From an uncultured Eubacteriales bacterium (GTDB lineage Bacteria; Bacillota; Clostridia; UBA1381; UBA9506): DNA of 29,870 nucleotides. Each line of letters begins with the position of its first letter. Position 1 is the first letter of the stretch. The position numbers were made by a program, and so were the translations under genes. Below, piece after piece: positions 26,117-29,870 of the stretch. Below the pieces are notes generated by a model. That model was not told the DNA's origin and searched no databases. It worked only from the letters and a program-made list of their open reading frames with translations. The stretch spans positions 1 through 29,870 of the forward strand of contig CABSKZ010000001.1 of the NCBI GenBank assembly GCA_902478395.1, read 5' to 3'.

Positions 26117-27824
26117 CGAAATCATCTCCCATCTGCGACTGGCTGATTTCCGCATAGTTGGGGCATGTTTTCAACAGTTCTTCATGCTTGCCATACCCAA
26201 TCGTCCTCCCATTGTCCAGCACCAAGATATGGTCGGCATATAATATCGAACTGACCCGCTGGGCGATGATAACCGTAGTCGTTCCGCCATAATGCTGGGC
26301 AATGGACTGACGCAGTTTCGCGTCGGTCTTGTAATCAAGCGCGCTGGAGGAATCGTCCAAAATCAGGATTTCCGGCCTGGCGGCTAATGCCCGTGCGACC
26401 AGAACGCGCTGTTTCTGACCTCCCGAAAGATTTGTTCCTTTCGCTGTCAGCATATGTTCATACCGGTCCGGCAGGGCTTCAATGAACTCCTTTGCCTGCG
26501 CACACTCTGCCGCTTTTTCTATCTGTTCCCGCGGCAGATTTCTTCCAAAATCAATATTGTTAGCAATCGTGTCCGCAAACAGGACATCGTTTTGAAACAC
26601 AACTCCAAATTTGCGGTGCAGAACATCCGGCTCAATGCTTTGAACAGGTTCTCCACCAATCAGAATCTCTCCCCTATCCGCATCGTACAGACGCATTAAT
26701 AGCTGAATGACAGTGCTCTTTCCACAGCCCGTCGCGCCGATAATCCCCAATGTTTCCCCGCGCCGGAGCGAAAAACTGACATCAGAAATATTATCCGTTT
26801 GCTTGTGGTAAGAAAAGGATACGCTGTTAAACATAATATGTGCATCTGTCTGCACGTTTTTCTGTGGGGAGAGCTGCAAATCCTCCGGCGCGTCCAGCAC
26901 GGCACTGACACGGTTTGCCGACGCACTGCCCTTGGAGTACATAACAAAAATGCGGGTAATTGAAAGCATTGCGTTGAGGATAATGGTAAAATAAGTCATG
27001 AACGCGATAATCGCCCCCGGCTGTGTCAGGCCGGAATTGACGCGGAACGCACCGACTAGAATAACCAGTACGAGCCCTATATTTAAAAACAGATTCATCA
27101 TCGGATTGGTGAGTGCCATGGTGATACCTGCCTTTTTCTCGTTTCTGACAACCTCCTCGTTTGCCTGTGAAAACCGCTCCTTTTCATAATCGGTTTTGGA
27201 AAGCGCCTTTGTAACGCGAATCCCCGTAATGTTTTCGCGCACAGTCCGCACGAGGCGGTCCACCGCCTGCTGCAATCCTGTATATAGCGGGATTCCTTTC
27301 TTTGACACGCGCCAGACGACCAGCGCGATAAACGGCAGGACACAGATCAGCGTCAGCGTCAGTACCGGCTCTAAAGACAGCGTGACCGCAATCCCGCCCA
27401 GCAGAAGAATCGGCGCGCGTACGCCCATCCGCTGCATCATCCCAATCATCTGGTGCAAATTATAGGTGTCTGTCGTCATGCGGGATTCGAGCGACGGAAT
27501 GCCGAACCGGTCCACCTGGCGGCAGGATAGATACGATATTTTTTTGAATAGGTCGTGGCGAATGTGTTCCACCGAATCCCGCGCGACCTTTGATGCCATC
27601 CGGTTGGCGACAACATTTCCCACCACTGCAACAATCGCGCAGAGAACCATCATACCGCCCCAGAACAAAATCAGCTTCACATTTTGTTTCGGAACCACAT
27701 CGTCAATCATAAAGGCGAGGATATATGGAAGAAACAAATCCATAATGGTGCCGATGAATTTGATGAATAGCCCCAGGCTCATCCTGCCAAAATAGGGGCG
27801 CACGTAATCGATGATGCGTTTCAA
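26109..27824 (-). CDS. Heterodimeric ABC exporter subunit (TMD+NBD, TM287-like degenerate site)
   Basis: GATGCGKST, LSGGQKQR, non-canonical Walker B LILDDSSSALD and switch IIAQR; TTG start overlapping the MarR stop. Confidence 0.92.
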   Translation of the reverse strand: MKRIIDYVRPYFGRMSLGLFIKFIGTIMDLFLPYILAFMIDDVVPKQNVKLILFWGGMMVLCAIVAVVGNVVANRMASKVARDSVEHIRHDLFKKISYLSCRQVDRFGIPSLESRMTTDTYNLHQMIGMMQRMGVRAPILLLGGIAVTLSLEPVLTLTLICVLPFIALVVWRVSKKGIPLYTGLQQAVDRLVRTVRENITGIRVTKALSKTDYEKERFSQANEEVVRNEKKAGITMALTNPMMNLFLNIGLVLVILVGAFRVNSGLTQPGAIIAFMTYFTIILNAMLSITRIFVMYSKGSASANRVSAVLDAPEDLQLSPQKNVQTDAHIMFNSVSFSYHKQTDNISDVSFSLRRGETLGIIGATGCGKSTVIQLLMRLYDADRGEILIGGEPVQSIEPDVLHRKFGVVFQNDVLFADTIANNIDFGRNLPREQIEKAAECAQAKEFIEALPDRYEHMLTAKGTNLSGGQKQRVLVARALAARPEILILDDSSSALDYKTDAKLRQSIAQHYGGTTTVIIAQRVSSILYADHILVLDNGRTIGYGKHEELLKTCPNYAEISQSQMGDDFDA

Positions 27825-28249
27825 AGCCCCGCCACCTCCTGTTCTGCTTTCTCCATCATACGTTTCAGCATGGCGAGCAGCAGCTCGCGCTCTTCGTCAG
27901 AAAAATCTTCCGTCAGTCTGCGGTTCCAAGCCTGCATCAGCTCCCGCACGCGGGGACAAATGTCATCGGCCTTTTGTGTCGGATAGACCAACTGGACCCG
28001 GCGGTCTCCGCTGTCGGCTTCCCTGCGTATAAACCCATTTTCCTCAAGTGCCGCAAGCTGGCGGGTAACATTGCTCTTGTTGACATAAATCAACCTGGCA
28101 AGTTCATCCTGTGAAATGCCTGGATTTTGGCATATTTTCAAAATATAGATATGCTGGCAGCTGTTCAGTCCGCTTGCACGCAGCCTGCTGCCGCGGTACA
28201 TATCACTGCACCGTGAAATACGGTTAATGTATTTCATAAAAGACTCCAT
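27821..28249 (-). CDS. MarR-family transcriptional regulator
   Basis: GISQDELA..IYVNKSNVTRQL..LEENGFI.R....DRR...VYPT; start 28249 after GGAGGG. Confidence 0.92.
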   Translation of the reverse strand: MESFMKYINRISRCSDMYRGSRLRASGLNSCQHIYILKICQNPGISQDELARLIYVNKSNVTRQLAALEENGFIRREADSGDRRVQLVYPTQKADDICPRVRELMQAWNRRLTEDFSDEERELLLAMLKRMMEKAEQEVAGL

Positions 28250-28265
28250 ATTCATCCCTCCACAA

Positions 28266-28281
28266 AGTTGCGCACGCAACT
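28266..28281. promoter_or_regulatory. Putative MarR operator
   Basis: Perfect palindrome AGTTGCG-CA-CGCAACT between the -10 box and the RBS of the MarR gene. Confidence 0.7.
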
Positions 28282-28290
28282 AATGGATTT

Positions 28291-28319
28291 AGTATACCTC
28301 ACTTGTGAGAATTTGTCAA
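28291..28319 (-). promoter_or_regulatory. SigA promoter of the marR-ABC operon
   Basis: TTGACA-17 bp-TATACT, near consensus. Confidence 0.8.
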
Positions 28320-28427
28320 TTCATCCCTCAAAAAAAGGCAGATTTTTAAACGGATAGCATCGCTATAAACCGAGACGTAACATATCAATTCTGATGAAAG
28401 AATTGTCCTGTCTGCCTGATTTAGCGT

Positions 28428-28459
28428 AAAAAAGAGACAGGAACAAATCCTGTCTCTTT
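28428..28459 (-). terminator. Intrinsic terminator after rny
   Basis: 12-bp stem AAAGAGACAGGA / TCCTGTCTCTTT, running into a T6 tract on the minus strand. Confidence 0.85.
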
Positions 28460-28469
28460 GAAGACTTTT

Positions 28470-29870
28470 TTATTTTGCGTAATCAATCGCTCTGGTTTCC
28501 CGGATAACATTGACCTTAATCTGTCCCGGATACTCCAGCTCACTTTCGATCTTCTTCACAATATCACGCGCAATCAGCGTAATGCCATCGTCCTTGACAT
28601 CCTCCGGGCGAACCATGATACGGATTTCGCGGCCGGCCTGAATCGCAAACGATTTTTCAACGCCGTCAAACGAGTTCGCAATTTCCTCAAGCTTCTCGAG
28701 CCGTTTGATGTAATTTTCAATGTTTTCACGCCGCGCGCCAGGACGTGCCGCAGAAATTGCGTCCGCCGCCTGCACGATTGCCGCGACAAGCGTGGTTGCC
28801 TCCACATCGCCGTGATGCGCCATAATGGCGTGAATCACTTCCTTACCTTCCTTGTATTTTTTCGCCAGATCAGCCCCAATCATCACATGAGAGCCTTCCA
28901 TCTCATGGTCCGCAGCCTTGCCCAGGTCGTGCAGCAGGCCGGCACGTTTTGCAAGTGTAATATCCGCGCCAAGTTCGCTCGCAATGAGTCCTGACAAATG
29001 GGAAACTTCGATGGAATGTTTCAATACGTTCTGTCCGTAGCTGGTACGGAACTTCAGTTTGCCAAGCAGTTTGATAATTTCCGGATGCAGACCGTGAACG
29101 CCCGTTTCAAACGTTGCGTTTTCACCCTCTTGCTTAATCTCCGCGTCTACTTCCTTCTTCGCCTTTTCATACATTTCTTCAATACGTGCGGGATGGATTC
29201 TGCCATCGACAATCAGTTTTTCCAGCGCAACGCGGGCAATTTCCCGGCGAACCGGGTCAAAACCGGACAGGATAACCGCCTCCGGCGTGTCGTCGATAAT
29301 CAGGTCGATTCCGGTCAGCGTTTCCAGCGTCCGGATATTACGGCCCTCCCTGCCTATGATGCGTCCCTTCATCTCATCGCTCGGCAGATTGACGACCGAC
29401 ACCGTAGTTTCCGCTACGTGATCTGCCGCACATTTCTGAATTGCACCGGCGATGATGTTTTTCGCTTCCTTCTCCGCATTTTCACGCGCCTGCGTCTCGA
29501 TGTCCTTCACCATAATCGCGGCTTCATGCCGGACTTCGCTTTCAATACTCTTGAGCAGATATTGCTTCGCGTCCTCCACACTAAGTCCGGAAACCTTCTG
29601 TAAGATTTCCAGTTCTTTCGCCTTGACCTCTTCAATTTCTTCTTTTAAAACATCCAGATCTTTTTCCTTTTTGCTCAGTTTTTCATCTTTTTTTTCAATT
29701 TGGTCTGTCTTTTTATCCAGCGTCTCTTCCTTCTGCTGAATCCTTCTTTCCTGCCTCGATATTTCGTTCCGTCTTTCTTTAATTTCCTTGTCAAATTCCT
29801 GTCTTAACTTGTGGTTTTCCTCTTTTGCTTCCAGCAAAAGCTCTCTTTTTTTATTTTCTCCCTCTTTTTC
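28470..29870 (-). CDS. rny: Ribonuclease Y (5' end outside the window)
   Basis: Coiled coil; KH domain [16 protein letters not shown] domain [10 protein letters not shown] / GLLHDLGK / [12 protein letters not shown]; frame open to the window edge. Confidence 0.96.
   Translation of the reverse strand, partial: EKEGENKKRELLLEAKEENHKLRQEFDKEIKERRNEISRQERRIQQKEETLDKKTDQIEKKDEKLSKKEKDLDVLKEEIEEVKAKELEILQKVSGLSVEDAKQYLLKSIESEVRHEAAIMVKDIETQARENAEKEAKNIIAGAIQKCAADHVAETTVSVVNLPSDEMKGRIIGREGRNIRTLETLTGIDLIIDDTPEAVILSGFDPVRREIARVALEKLIVDGRIHPARIEEMYEKAKKEVDAEIKQEGENATFETGVHGLHPEIIKLLGKLKFRTSYGQNVLKHSIEVSHLSGLIASELGADITLAKRAGLLHDLGKAADHEMEGSHVMIGADLAKKYKEGKEVIHAIMAHHGDVEATTLVAAIVQAADAISAARPGARRENIENYIKRLEKLEEIANSFDGVEKSFAIQAGREIRIMVRPEDVKDDGITLIARDIVKKIESELEYPGQIKVNVIRETRAIDYAK

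Overview
Chromosomal window (roughly 50% GC by eye) from a Clostridia-class Firmicute; the gene order resembles Oscillospirales/Clostridiales. From left to right: (1) a complete phosphate-uptake and regulation cluster pstS-pstC-pstA-pstB-[352-bp structured spacer]-phoP/B-phoR-phoU on +; (2) xylA-xylB on -, with a divergent AraC-family regulator; (3) a two-gene small-protein unit on + (an HMA-fold protein lacking the CxxC motif, and a 50-aa protein missed by the ORF track); (4) a long minus-strand core cluster: U32/RlhA-like, dut, NusG-domain-II, Gx-transporter, DUF4321-like, maf, mreBCD, mrdA, minC, [internal promoter], minD, minE, mgsA; (5) a ~700-bp non-coding gap and a solitary low-GC 161-aa gene; (6) a MarR-regulated heterodimeric ABC exporter; (7) a 5'-truncated rny. 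I saw no rRNA, tRNA, CRISPR array or intact transposase. The most unusual DNA is the pstB-phoP spacer: a multi-hairpin REP/MITE-like unit fused to a segment resembling the non-coding end of Firmicute IS110 elements, with no transposase. Other notable items are the Cys-less HMA/small-protein operon, a possible ACG start for mreC, and the orphan low-GC gene. All family calls come from motif recognition by eye; no database searches were run.
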